From Scenedesmus sp. PABB004 (taxonomy: Eukaryota), in assembly GCA_014905635.1 (NCBI GenBank), contig CM026548.1, positions 1,426,001 to 1,490,000 of the forward strand: a DNA stretch of 64,000 nt, in the 5' to 3' direction. The notes beneath the pieces were generated by a model, which had not been told where the DNA came from, did no database searches, and worked only from the letters and a program-made list of their open reading frames with translations. Both the position numbers and the translations under genes were made by a program. Of this stretch, positions 22,236 through 33,026 are shown piece after piece (positions within the stretch are counted from its first letter, which is position 1; the number at the start of each line of letters is the position of its first letter).

Positions 22236-25200
22236 CTAGGTCGCGTGCATGGCGATCGTGCTCACCGCCGCGTGCACCGCCACAAGGTACAGCCCAAACG
22301 CCCCCCGCGCCGCGGGCTTGCGGTACAAACCCGGCAGGCCCTTGGCCGGCTGCCCCGCGCCCCGCTGCGGCGCCACCAGCGCGGGCAGCACGCCGCCGCC
22401 GGGCGCGTCCTCGGGCAAACGCTGCTTGCCGGCGCCGCCGCCCTGGGGCGCCGCCGCGGCCGCAGCGAGGTACATCTGCGTGACGTCGTGCGTGCGCTCG
22501 TGCGCCGCCGCCAGCTCGCGCCGCAGGCTCTCCACCTCGGCCGCCAGGTCGTCCAGCCCCGCCCGCTGCCCCGGGGCCGCCGACGAGCCGTCTCGCCGCG
22601 CCGCGCCCAGCTCCGCCTCCAGCTCCGCCAGCCGCTCGTCCCGCCCCGCCAGCGCGCGGCGCAGCTCCTGCACGTCCGCTTCTGCCGCCGCCAGCTGCGC
22701 CTGCGTGGCCGCCACCGCCTGGGCCACCGCCGCCTGCAGCGCCGCGCGGAACGCCCCGTCCTCCTCGCCCGGCGGCGCGCCCTGCGGCGGGCGCGCGAGC
22801 GGCGCGCGGGGTCGGACGGGCGGCGCAGGCACGGGCGGTACAGCGGCGCACCTCCGCGCCCGCGACCCCGCGCGCCCCCGCCGCCGCGCGGCGGCAGCAC
22901 ACACCTGCTGCGGCTGCGCGGCGCGGCCCTCCGCGTCAGCCAGCTGCTGGCGCAGCTCCTCGACCTGCTGGCGCAGGCCGTCCAGCTGCTCCAGGTCGGC
23001 CAGCGCCTCCCGCAGGTCGGCCACCTGCTCCTCCTTGGCCGCCAGCGACGCGTGCAGCCCCGCCAGCTCGGCCTGCGCCGCCGACAGCTGCGCCGTCAGC
23101 TCGGCCAGCTGCGCCGTCAGCTCGCCCGCCTGCCCCTGCGCGCCCGCCAGCTGCGCGGCGAGGGCGTCGGCCCGCGACGACGCCTCCGCAGCGCCGTCCT
23201 GCGCGGCCGTTAGCGCCAGCTGCCGGTCCGCCAGCTCGCGGCGCAGCTCCGCCAGCGCCGCCGCGCCGACACCGCGCTCCTCCTCGGAGGCCGCCAGGCG
23301 CGCCGCGAGGTCGGAGACCTGCGTGGCGCACGGGGGTCAGGCGGGCGGCGCGATGGGGTCGGGCGGGGGCGCCGCGCCGCGGCAGGACGGCAACCCGCGC
23401 ACGCACGCCGCCCGCCCGCCCGCACCTGGCGCACAAGCTCCCCCCTGCTGGCGGCAGGGGTGCCGCTGTCGGAGGGCGCGCCGCGGGTGAACGCGGCCAG
23501 CGGGCTCGCCGGCTCGCCGGGGGTCGCCGCCTCGCCACCGTCGCCGGCGCCCGCGGCCGCGGGCTGCTCGGCAGCGGCCAGCTCCGCGCGCGCCGCCGCG
23601 AGCTGTGCGGCGAGCGCGTCGCGCGCGGCCGCGGCCTCGCCCAGCTGGCTGGCGAGCGCGGCCAGCGCCGCGGCGCTGGAGGCGTCCAGCTCCGCCAGCT
23701 GCTGCTGAGCAGCGTTGAGCTGGTCGCACAGCGCGCCCAGGCTGTCCTGCTTGGCAGCCACCTCCGCCTTGAGCTGCGCGAGCTGCGCGGCGAGCAGCGG
23801 ATGCGGCGCGCAGGCGAGGCGGTGGGTGTGTGGGTGTCGCGCGCGCACAGCATGCAGCCCCCGCCCCCCACCCTTCCAAACTGTGGGGCGCGGCGCAGCA
23901 GCCGGCGCGGTGCCCCCGCCTGCGTGTGCAGCGCCGTCTCGGCCTCGGCCTCGCCCAGCAGCTCAGCCTCGCGCGCGTCCAGGAGCTCCTGCAGCTCCGC
24001 CAGCCGCGCGTGCGCGGCCTCCAGCTCCGCCTGCACCGCGCCGCCCTCGGCGCCCGGCAGGCTGGCCAGGCGCGCCTCCAGCTCGGCGCGCGCGGCGGCC
24101 GCGTCGGCCAGCGCCGCCGCCTGGGCGTCGGCGGTGGCCTGCAGCGCCGCGAGCTGCGCCGCCAGCTCGGCCGTCGCGTGCGCCTGCGCCGCGTGCGCGC
24201 CGCCTGCGCTGCCGCCCTGCTGCGGGTCGTCAAACCCGCCCCAGCCGCCCGCGTCCTCCCCCGCCTCCTGCGCCGCGGGCGCGGGCTCGCCGCGGAGCTC
24301 CGCCGCCGCGCGCTGCTGCGCGGCCTCCAGCTGCGCCGCCAGGGCCGCCAGCTGGGCGTCCCGGTCGGCGAGCTGCGCCTCCAGCGCGGACGCCCGGCCC
24401 TTCTTGGCCTCGTGCGCCGCCTTGAGCTTGGCAAACTGCTCCCGCGCGCGGTCGAGCTTGGCCGCCAGCGCGGCGGCCGCCTCGCCGGGCACGCCGTCGC
24501 CGTCCCCGGCGCCGGCGGGCTGCTGCTGCTGCTGCTGCTCCGCCAACGTCGCCGCGGCCCGCGCGGCCGCCTCGTTCGCCGCCGCCAGCTGCTGCCGCGC
24601 CTCTGCGAGCTGCGCGTGAGCGTCCTCCAGCGCCGCCCGCGCCGCGGCACGCTCCGCCTCGTCCGCGGGCGCGGGCGCGGGCGGCGCGGCGCCGCCGTCG
24701 GCCGCCTCGAGGCGCGCCAGCAAGAACTGCATGTCCTCAGCCTGCCCCGCCAGCTCGGCCTCGTGCGCCGACAGCGCCTCACGCGTCGCGGACGCCTCGC
24801 GCCGCGCCTCCTCCAGCGCCGCCTGCAGCGCGACGACCGCGCCCGCCGCAGCGTCATCGCCGCCACCAGCGCCCTCCTGCTGCTGCTGCTGCTGCTGCTG
24901 CGCGTCAAGGAGCTGCCCCTTCAGCAGCTCCACCTGCGCCTGCAGCTCGGCGATGGTGGCCGCGTGGCCCTCCAGCTGCGCCGCGAGCGCCGCCGCCTCG
25001 CCCCGCAGCGCTGCGCTCTCCGCCGCCGCGGCCTCGCTGCCGGACCGCAGCGCGGCCAGCTCCGCCTCCAGCTCCTCGATGCGCGCCAGGTGGGGCGCCG
25101 CGGCCTGCGCCGCCTGCGCGGCAGTCGCGGGCGGCTCCGAGGGCTCGGACGCCGGCTCGCCTGGCGGCGCCTGCTGCGCCGCCGGCACCTCCAGCGGCGG

Positions 25201-28200
25201 CAAGTCCTCCTGCCAGCCCTCCCAGCCGGCATCGGCTTCGGCGTCGCCGCCCCAGCCGCCGGCGTCGTCGCCGCCGCGCGCAAACGGCCCGGGCGCGGCG
25301 GCGGGCGGCGCGCCGCCGCCGCTGCCGCCGCCCGCAGCCGGGTCGCCGTGCAGCACCTGCGACTGCAGCTGCGCCAGCAGCGCCTCGCGCGACGCGAGCT
25401 GCGCCTGCAGCTCCGCCTGCGACGCGTCGCTCGCGGCCAGCGCCTCGCGCGCGGCCAGCAGCTCCGCCTGCGCGCCCGCCAGCTCCGCCTGCGCGCCCGC
25501 CAGCTCCGCGCGCAGCGCGGCGGCGCCCTCGCCGCTGCCGGCCAGCGCCGCCTCGACCGCGGCGTGCTGCGCTTGGAGCTCCGCCAGCGCGCCCTCGCGC
25601 GCTGCCAGCTGCGCCTGCAGGTCCGCCACGGCCGCCTGGCCGTCCGCAGCCTGGCGCGCGCGGGGTCGGACGGGCGGCGCAGGCACGGGCGGTACAGCGG
25701 CGCACCTCCGCGCCCGCGACCCCGCGCGCCCCCGCCGCCGCGCGGCGGCAGCACACACCTGCTGCGGCTGCGCGGCGCGGCCCTCCGCGTCAGCCAGCTG
25801 CTGGCGCAGCTCCTCGACCTGCTGGCGCAGGCCGTCCAGCTGCTCCAGGTCAGCCAGCGCCTCCCGCAGGTCGGCCACCTCCGCCGCCTTGGCCGCCAGC
25901 GACGCGTTGAGGCCCGCCAGCTCGACCTGCGCCGCCGAGAGCAGCTGCTGCGCGTTGTCCAGCGACGCCTGGCGCGCCATGGCCGCCGCCTCGGCCGCCT
26001 CCGCCGCCGCGCCGCGCTCGTTCGCCGCCTGCAGCTGCCCCTCCAGCTCGGCCAGCCGCGCGCCGCGCTCCTTGTGCGCGCCGCGCAGCTTCTTGAACTT
26101 CTCGGCCGCCGCCTCATACTTGGCGGCCAGACTCGCGTGCGCCGCCCGCTCCGCCGCCAGCGCGGCCTCCAGCTCGTCGCGCTGCTGCTGCAGCGCCGCC
26201 GCGTCGGCCTGCGCCGCCGCCAGCGCGGCCGCCGCATCGGCCTGCGCCGCCGCCAGCGCGGCCGCCGCGTCGGCCTGCGCCGCCGCCAGCGCGGCCGCCG
26301 CGTCCGCCTGCGCCGCCGCCAGCGCAGCGTGCGCGTCTGCGAGCTCGCTGCGCAGCTGCTCCGCCTCTGCTTGCGCGCGTGCCAGGTCCCCGTCCGTGGC
26401 TGCCGAAGCCGCGGCGCCGGCCTCGGCGGCGGCGCTGGCGACGCCCGCACTGGTGGCTGCCGCCTGACGCTGCGCGAGGCCGTCCGCCGCATCGTCCCAG
26501 CCCGCGCCCCAGGCCTCGTCCGCGAGCGCAGACGCGTCGGGCGCAGCCGCCGTCGCCGCCGCCGCCGCCTGCTGCTGCAGCTCCAGCAGCTGCTCGTGCG
26601 CAGCGTCCAGCTGCTGCTGGAGCTGCCCGGCCCGCGCCTCCGCCGCGCCCAGCTGGCGCTGGCTCACCTCCAGCTCTTGCTGCAGGCGCGCAACCTCTGC
26701 CTGCGCGTCGGCCAACGCCGCGCCGGCGCTGGCGCCGGCGTCGCCATCGGCGTCGGCGTCGTCCCAGCCCGCCCAGCCGCGCTCGTCCCGCTCCCCGGCG
26801 GCCCCGCCCGCCGCCGGGCGTTCCGCCGCGGCCGCGAGCTGCTGCTTGAGCTGCTCCAGCTCGCCCTGGGCGACCTGCAGGTCCTGCCCCGCCGCCGCGA
26901 GCTGCGCCTGCACGTCCGCCTCTGCCGCGCTGGCCGCCGCCGCGTCCGCGCGCGCCGCGTCCACGCAGGCGCGCGCGTGCGCCAGCTCGCCCGTCAAGCG
27001 CTCCACCTCCGCCCCCAGGGAGGCCAGCTGCTGCTGCTCCGGCGCCGCCGCCGGCTGCTGCTCCGGCGCTGCTGCTGGGTGCTGCTCGGCGCCGCCGACC
27101 AGCAGGTCCAGGGGCGGGCCGTCCGACCAGCCGTCGCCCCAGCCGCCGTCATCCAGCGCAGCTGCCAGGCCCTCGCCGTCCGCGCCGTCCGCGCCCGGGG
27201 CGAGCGCCGCCTGCTGCTGCGGCGCCTGCAGCTGCTGGCGAGCGGCATCCAGCTCCTGCTGCAGGCGCGTCGCCTGCACCTCCGTCACGCTTGCCGCCAG
27301 CGCTGTCGCCACCTCAGTGGCGCGGGACATCTCTGCGGCGGACCGCACCTGCTGCTCCTCGAGCGCGGCAATCTCTGCCCTGGCCGCCTCCAGCTCGTCG
27401 CGCATGGCCTCCAGCTCGGCGCGCGTGGCCTCCAGCTCGTGCACGAGCGCCTCGCCGCCGGCAGCGCAGCGCAGCTCCGCGAGCGCTGTGTCGCGCGCCT
27501 CGAGCGCCGCGGCGGCGTCCGCGAGCGCTGCGTCGCGCGCCTCGAGCGCCGCGGCGGCGTCCGCCAGCTGTGCGTCGCGCGCCTTGAGCGCCGCGGCGGC
27601 GTCCGCCAGCTGTGCTTCGCGCGCTTTGCTCTCGGCCGCTGCCACGTCGGCCGCCGCTTGAGCTGCCGGCAAGCACTCCCGCAGCCCCGTACACTCCGCC
27701 TCCAGCACGGCCAGGCGCGCGGCCATGCCAGGCTGACGCTCCGCGGCCAGCTGCTCCTCGGCCGCCTGCAGCTGCGGCCAGCGAGCGCGTGGCGCGCAAG
27801 GCGGAGCGGAGTCGGGCGCAAAGTGAGCGCGCCGCCGCTGCCGCCGCCGGGGCGGCCGCGTCCACACGCGGGGCGCGTGCATCCCCGCCTCACCTTGGCG
27901 CGCAGTTCTGCCAGCTCCTCCCGCTGCGCCAGGAGCCGCTCCTTCTGCTTGCGCGCGACACCGCGCAGCTTGGCGGCCGCGGCCGAGGCGTCGCCCTCGC
28001 CCCCAGGCGACGGGCTGGCCTCCGGCGCGCCGCGCTCGGGGCTCGCAGACTCCCCAGCAGCAGCGGCAGCCTACGCGGTGCGGCGACGGCAGCAGCGGGC
28101 AGCAGTGGGCGGGCGGCGGGCGGGCGGCGACGGTCCCGCAGCGGGTGTGCGCCTCCGCCCCAACCCCGCCCCCCTCCAAACAGCCAGCCGCCCGGCCGCC

Positions 28201-29830
28201 GCCGCCGCACCTGCTGCGCCGCGGCCGCCGCCTCGGCCTCCGCCTCCGCCGCGCGCGCCAGCGCGGCGTCGAGCTGCGCCTTGAAGCGCCGCGCCGTGGA
28301 GGCCGCGGCCGCCTCGGCCGCCTCGCGCCCCGCCTCCGCCTCCAGCATGCGCTCCTCCAGCTCCGCCAGCGTGTCCTGCAGGCCCGCCACCTCCGCGGCA
28401 AGCGCCTCGGGCGAGGCGCGGTGCGGGCTGGAGGCGGCGCCCGCGCCGCTGCGCCGCGGCGACGGCGGCGCCGCCGCCGCAGCCAGCTGCGCCTCCAGAT
28501 CCGACGCGCGCTGCTGTGCGGCCGCGAGCGCTGCTGCAGCGTCAGCGCCCTGCGCACGCAGCTGCTCGGCGGCCGCCTCGGCCGCGTCCGCGCGCGCCGC
28601 GTCGTCCGCAAGCGTGCGCTGCAGCGCCGCCAGCTGGTCCCGCGCGTCTGCCAGCTCAGACACCGCGGCGCCGGCCGTGCGCTCCGCCTCGGCACGCGCC
28701 GCCTCCGCCGCGCGCAGCTGCTCCCGCAGCGCCGCGACCTCGCACTCCAGCGCCTGCGCGCTGGCCGCCGCCGCCTCCCCGGCCTCGCCGTCGTCGCCCC
28801 AGCCCTCGCCCAGGCCCGCGAGCGCGCGCTCCGCCGCCGCGCCCCGCAGGCCCTCCAGCTCCTCCTCCAGCTCCGCCGCGCGCACGCGCGCGGCGGCGAG
28901 CTCCGCCGCCGCCTCGGCGGCCGCGTCGGCCCGCGCCGCCGCCAGCGCGACCGCGGCCTCCTCGCGCGCCGCCGCGAGCTGCTGCCGCGCCGCCTCGAGC
29001 TCCGCAGCAGCGCTGCTGCCCGCCGCGGCGCCGGCCGCCGCCGCCTCGAGCTCGCCGCCGCCCGCCGACGACTGCCGCAGCACCAGCTGCAGCTGCACCA
29101 GCTGCGCCGCCACGCGCTCCTCCTGCCCCGCGGCCCGTGCCGGCCCCGCCGCCGCCGCCGCCGCCGCCGCCAGCTCCGCGACCTGCCCCTCCAGCGCCGC
29201 CAGGCCCGCCTGCGCCGCGGACATGGCCTGGTCGCGCTCGTGCAGCAGCGCGCGCAGCGCGTCCAGCTCCGCCGCCGCGTCGGGCGGCCCACACTGCGCG
29301 CTGCGCGCCGCCGCCTCGCGCGCGTCCGCCTCGGCGAGCGCCGCCCTGAGCTGCCGGTTGGCCTCCCGGCTCTTGGCGTGCGTGGCCTTGAGCTCGAAGA
29401 ACTGCCCCTTTGCGCGCTCCAGCTTGGACGCCAGCTTGGCGTACGCGGCCGCCGGCACCCAGCCGTCCACCGCCTCGACCGGCACTCCGCCGCCGTGCGA
29501 CGCGGCGCTGCCCTCGCGCGAGAGCGGCCCCTCGCCGCCCGGCTCGCCCTCGGCCTCGGCGCCGCCCCACGCGCCGCTGCCGGCGGCGTCAGGCGCCGCG
29601 CCGTCCCCCAGGCTGGCCTGCGCGGAGAGGGGGTGCTGGAGGTGGCGCTGCTGCTTGAGGCTGCCGTGGCTGCGCAGCAGCAGCGGAGCGGGTGCGGCAG
29701 CAGTGCTGCCGTCACCGCCCGGAGCAGCCTGCTGCTGCGCATGCGCAAAATCCGGCGCCGCCTGGTCCGCGCCGCCCGCGACGCGCGGCGGCGGCGACGG
29801 CAGAGGCGGCACATTCTCCTGCTCCTGCTG

Positions 29831-29861
<31 letters not shown>

Positions 29862-30986
29862 AGCAACAGCCCCTCCGCAGCTGCGGCGGGCTGCTCCGCG
29901 GCGGCGCCTGGGCGGCGCGCCGCCGCCGCGGGCGCCTTTGCCAGCGCCTCCAGCCGCGCCTCCAGCTCCGGCGCGCCCAGCCGGCCGCGCAGGGCGCCCA
30001 GCATGGCCGCGCGGCGCGCGGGGCGGCTCGCCTCCGCCGCGCTGCGCGCCGCCTTGCGCGCGCGCGCCTCCTTGAGCTGCGCGGGCGGCGCCGGGCGCGG
30101 GGACGGGGCGGGGGGACGGGGCGGGGTCGGCGACGCGGCTCGAGCGCTGCTGCCCCGCTCCCGCCTGCCCTGCCCTGCCTGCCGCTGCCGTGCCGCCAGC
30201 CCGGGCCGCGCGCAGCGCCACGCCACACCCCCCCCCCTTCCCCCTCACCGCGAGGGCACCGTACTCCGCCCGGAAGCTCCGCCGGCGCTCCGCGTCGCGC
30301 CAGTCGGCCATGCTGCGCCCCGTGGCCGCCAGCGCCGCGCCCAGCGTCGCCCGCGCCGCCTCCACCACCGCCTGCGCGCGCGCGCGGGGCGGGCGGCGAT
30401 CCGTTGGCGGCGGCCCGCGGCGCCGGGCGGCGACCCCTGGGCGGCGGCGGGGCGCTGCCGGGCGCGGCTGCCGCCGCCGCACCGCCTGGGTGATGCCCAG
30501 CTTGGCGGGGTCGAACTCGCTGCGCATGCGGTCCTCCAGGAAGCTCTTCTTGCTGTGCGCGGCGCCCGCGCGCACGTCCTGCGCGGGCCCGGCGCGGCGG
30601 AGCAGCGGCGGCGGCGATCGGCGGCCGCGCCCGGAGGCCAGCGCGGCTCGCGCGGCCAGCCGGCGCCGCGGGGGCACGGCCTCGCGCCGCCCCAGGCCTG
30701 GGCTCCTCCCAGGCTCCCCCGGCGTCTTGGGCGGGCTGCGGCGCGCGCCAACCGCCGCCACTCTGCTCCGCTGCTCCGCCGCGTGCGCGCGCCGCACCTG
30801 GGGCAGCAGGCCCCACAGCACGTCGCTGATGAGTCCAAAGTCCCGCGCCCCCGCGTCCGCGTCGCAGACGGCCGCCACCGCGGCCGGGGGGAGCAGGCCG
30901 GGCCCCCCGAACACGCGCTGGGCCGTGTTGGCGAGCTGCTGCGCTGCCGCAGCGCCCGGCGGCGCGGGGGCCTCGCCGCTCGCCAT
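22236..30986 (-). CDS. Giant coiled-coil protein (~2400-2500 aa) with C-terminal hydrophobic anchor; golgin-like
   Basis: Start MASGEAPAPPG. Long Ala/Glu/Gln/Leu heptad exons are joined by about 10 introns. It ends ...GAFGLYLVAVHAAVSTIAMHAT*, a Y...H transmembrane pattern as in golgin-84/CASP/giantin. Confidence 0.75.
22802..23026. repeat. Copy 1 of a ~225-bp internal duplication (intron plus exon end); copy 2 at 25656-25880
   Basis: Near-identical sequence offset by 2854 bp, including the intron. Confidence 0.92.
25656..25880. repeat. Copy 2 of the ~225-bp internal duplication in the golgin-like gene
   Basis: Matches 22802-23026 with about 1 visible mismatch. Confidence 0.92.
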
Positions 30987-31402
30987 GGCGGCGCGCTGAG
31001 GGACCGCGAGCGAGCGCTGGCTCACGCCGAGCGCGGGGCGCGCAGCATGTTTGCGTGCGCGCGGTGCGCTGCTCAGCTGCTCGCGCGCCTGACTGTTCCG
31101 GCTGGCCGGAGGCTGTGAGACGTGCGTGCCAAGCTGTGAGGCCGCGAGCGGGCCAGGGCGACCGCGCGGTGCGGCCCACCAGGCGGTTTTTGTTGCTCTG
31201 CTGTTGCGGTCCAATGCGCGCAGCGCCGGCATCCACCCGCGCCCCCGCGAGCGGCAGAGCTCCGGGGCGCGCCGCTGTACACAAGGGACGCAGCCGACCG
31301 CCGCCGACCGCCATTCCGCCGACCGCCACTGCGCTCGCGCCGCGCCGCTGCTTCGCGCCGAGCCCGCCCGTCCTGCCCTGGCCCCAGCGGCCGCCCGGCG
31401 TG

Positions 31403-32841
31403 ATGCTGCAGCTGCGTGCCTCCCAGCAGCAGCTCCGTCACCGGCCCGGCACCGCCGCGGGCCGCGCCGCAGCGCCAGCCTGGCGCCGCCGCCGCCGCTG
31501 CTGCGCGGGCGCGGGCGCGCAGCCGCCGCCGTCCGAGCGGGAGCAGCCGCAGCAGCAGCCGCAGCAGGAGCAGCCACCGCAGCAGCCGCCGCAGCAGGAG
31601 CAGTCGCAGGAGCGGGGGCCGCCGCCTGACCTGGACGGCGCGGCGTGGGCGCTCATGGGCCGCGTCGTGTCGGCGGACCGCCTCGTCCTGGGCGCGGCGG
31701 CGGCGCCGCTGCGCCTGCTCGCGGGCGCGCGCGCGGCGGGCGTGTCGCCCGAGGAGTTTGAGGCGCGCTGCGCGCAGCTCGCGGCGCTGCTGCCCGACCT
31801 CGCGCCGCTGCTGCCGCGCCTCAGCCCGCGCATTCTCGCCGAGCTCTCGTCAGACCCGGGCGGCGTCGCGCACAAGCTGGTGGGGCGCGGCGCGGCGCCG
31901 CAACGCACGCGCGCAGCGACGCACGCGCGCCGCGCGCGCGCGAGCCCGCCGCGCCGCGCCGCAGATTGCGCTGCGCAGCCTGTTCCCCAGCGCTGACCTG
32001 GCGCAGATGGTCGGCCGGCGCCCGACGATGCTGCTGGACGCCGAGTTTGCAGAGGCGCGCGCGCGCGGGGCGGCGGCGGCTGCGCGCACGCGCCCGCGCG
32101 GCGCGACGCCGCGCGCCCCGCCGCCGCCGCCCCTGGTGCAGGTCGAGGGCGCGCGCGCCAAGCTCCTGGCGCGCCTCGCGCGCAGCGGCGCGGCGCAGCA
32201 GCCGCAGCAGCACCCTGCGGCCGCGTACGCGACCGGCGGGGCGGCAGCAGCGGCGGGGCAGCAGCCGCAGCAGCAGCAGCAGGTGCCACCGCCGCCGCCG
32301 CCGGGCCCCAGCGTCCTGGGCACGACGCACACGGCCGCGAGCATGGCAGCGAGCGGCGGCGGCGGCGGCAGCGGCGGCGGGGGCGGCCCGGAGCTCGAGT
32401 CTTCGCCGCTGCTGGACGGCCTGGTGAGCCGGCAGCCGCTGCTGCTCGTGGCCGAGGTGGATGAGCTGCTCGACACGCTGGAGCGGTGAGGCGCAGCGCG
32501 GCGCACCGCAGCGCGCGGCGGGGCGGCGTGGGCCGCGCTGTGTGGCCGCCGCGCTGACAGCCGCCTGCCTGCCGTCGTCGCGGCGCGTGCGCGCGCGCGC
32601 GCGCCAAAGGCTGCTGCCGGCGAGCCCGGGCGTGTGGGCGGCGCTCGCCGCCGACCCGGACCTCGTGGCCAGCGCCATGAGCAACCGCGGGCTCAGCCTC
32701 TGGTGATGCCACGCCGCGCCGCGCAGGCTGATGCCTGGCACGGCGGTCCTCTCGCTCCTCCAGGCCAACCCGGGGCTGCTCTTCGCCGCGCAGCGCGGGA
32801 GCGCCGCGCTCGGGCCGGGCGCGGAGTTCATGCTGCCGTGA
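31403..32841 (+). CDS. Hypothetical protein with transit-peptide-like N-terminus; two alternative last exons (stop at 32706 or 32841)
   Basis: MLQLRASQQQLR...LAALLPDL...KL|IALRSLFPSADLAQMVGRRPTMLL...LLDTLER, followed by LLPASPG...GLSLW* or LMPGTAV...EFMLP*. Confidence 0.7.
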
Positions 32842-33026
32842 GCGTGGTGGTCAACGTGAAATGACGGCTCCGCGGTTCTGCGCGCACCGAGGCAGCACCG
32901 CGCCGGCGGGAGGGCATGCCGGCCGCCGCAGCGCGCCCACACACGCACAGCTCGCCTCGCCGGTGGCTCCCAGATCAGCAGTCCCGGGAGGGAGGCCCCG
33001 CGACCGCCGTGACCGCCGCAGCCGCG

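Noticed and set aside
12782..22239. Six ~3000-aa ORFs, one in every frame
   Set aside because: They arise because the 172-bp monomer has no stop codon in any frame. The period is not a multiple of 3, so each ORF cycles through all frames; there is no evidence of coding.
23830..31118. Long antisense ORFs over the coiled-coil gene, and similar ones across the window
   Set aside because: These are shadow ORFs expected at ~80% GC, giving Arg/Ala/Pro-rich translations without motifs.
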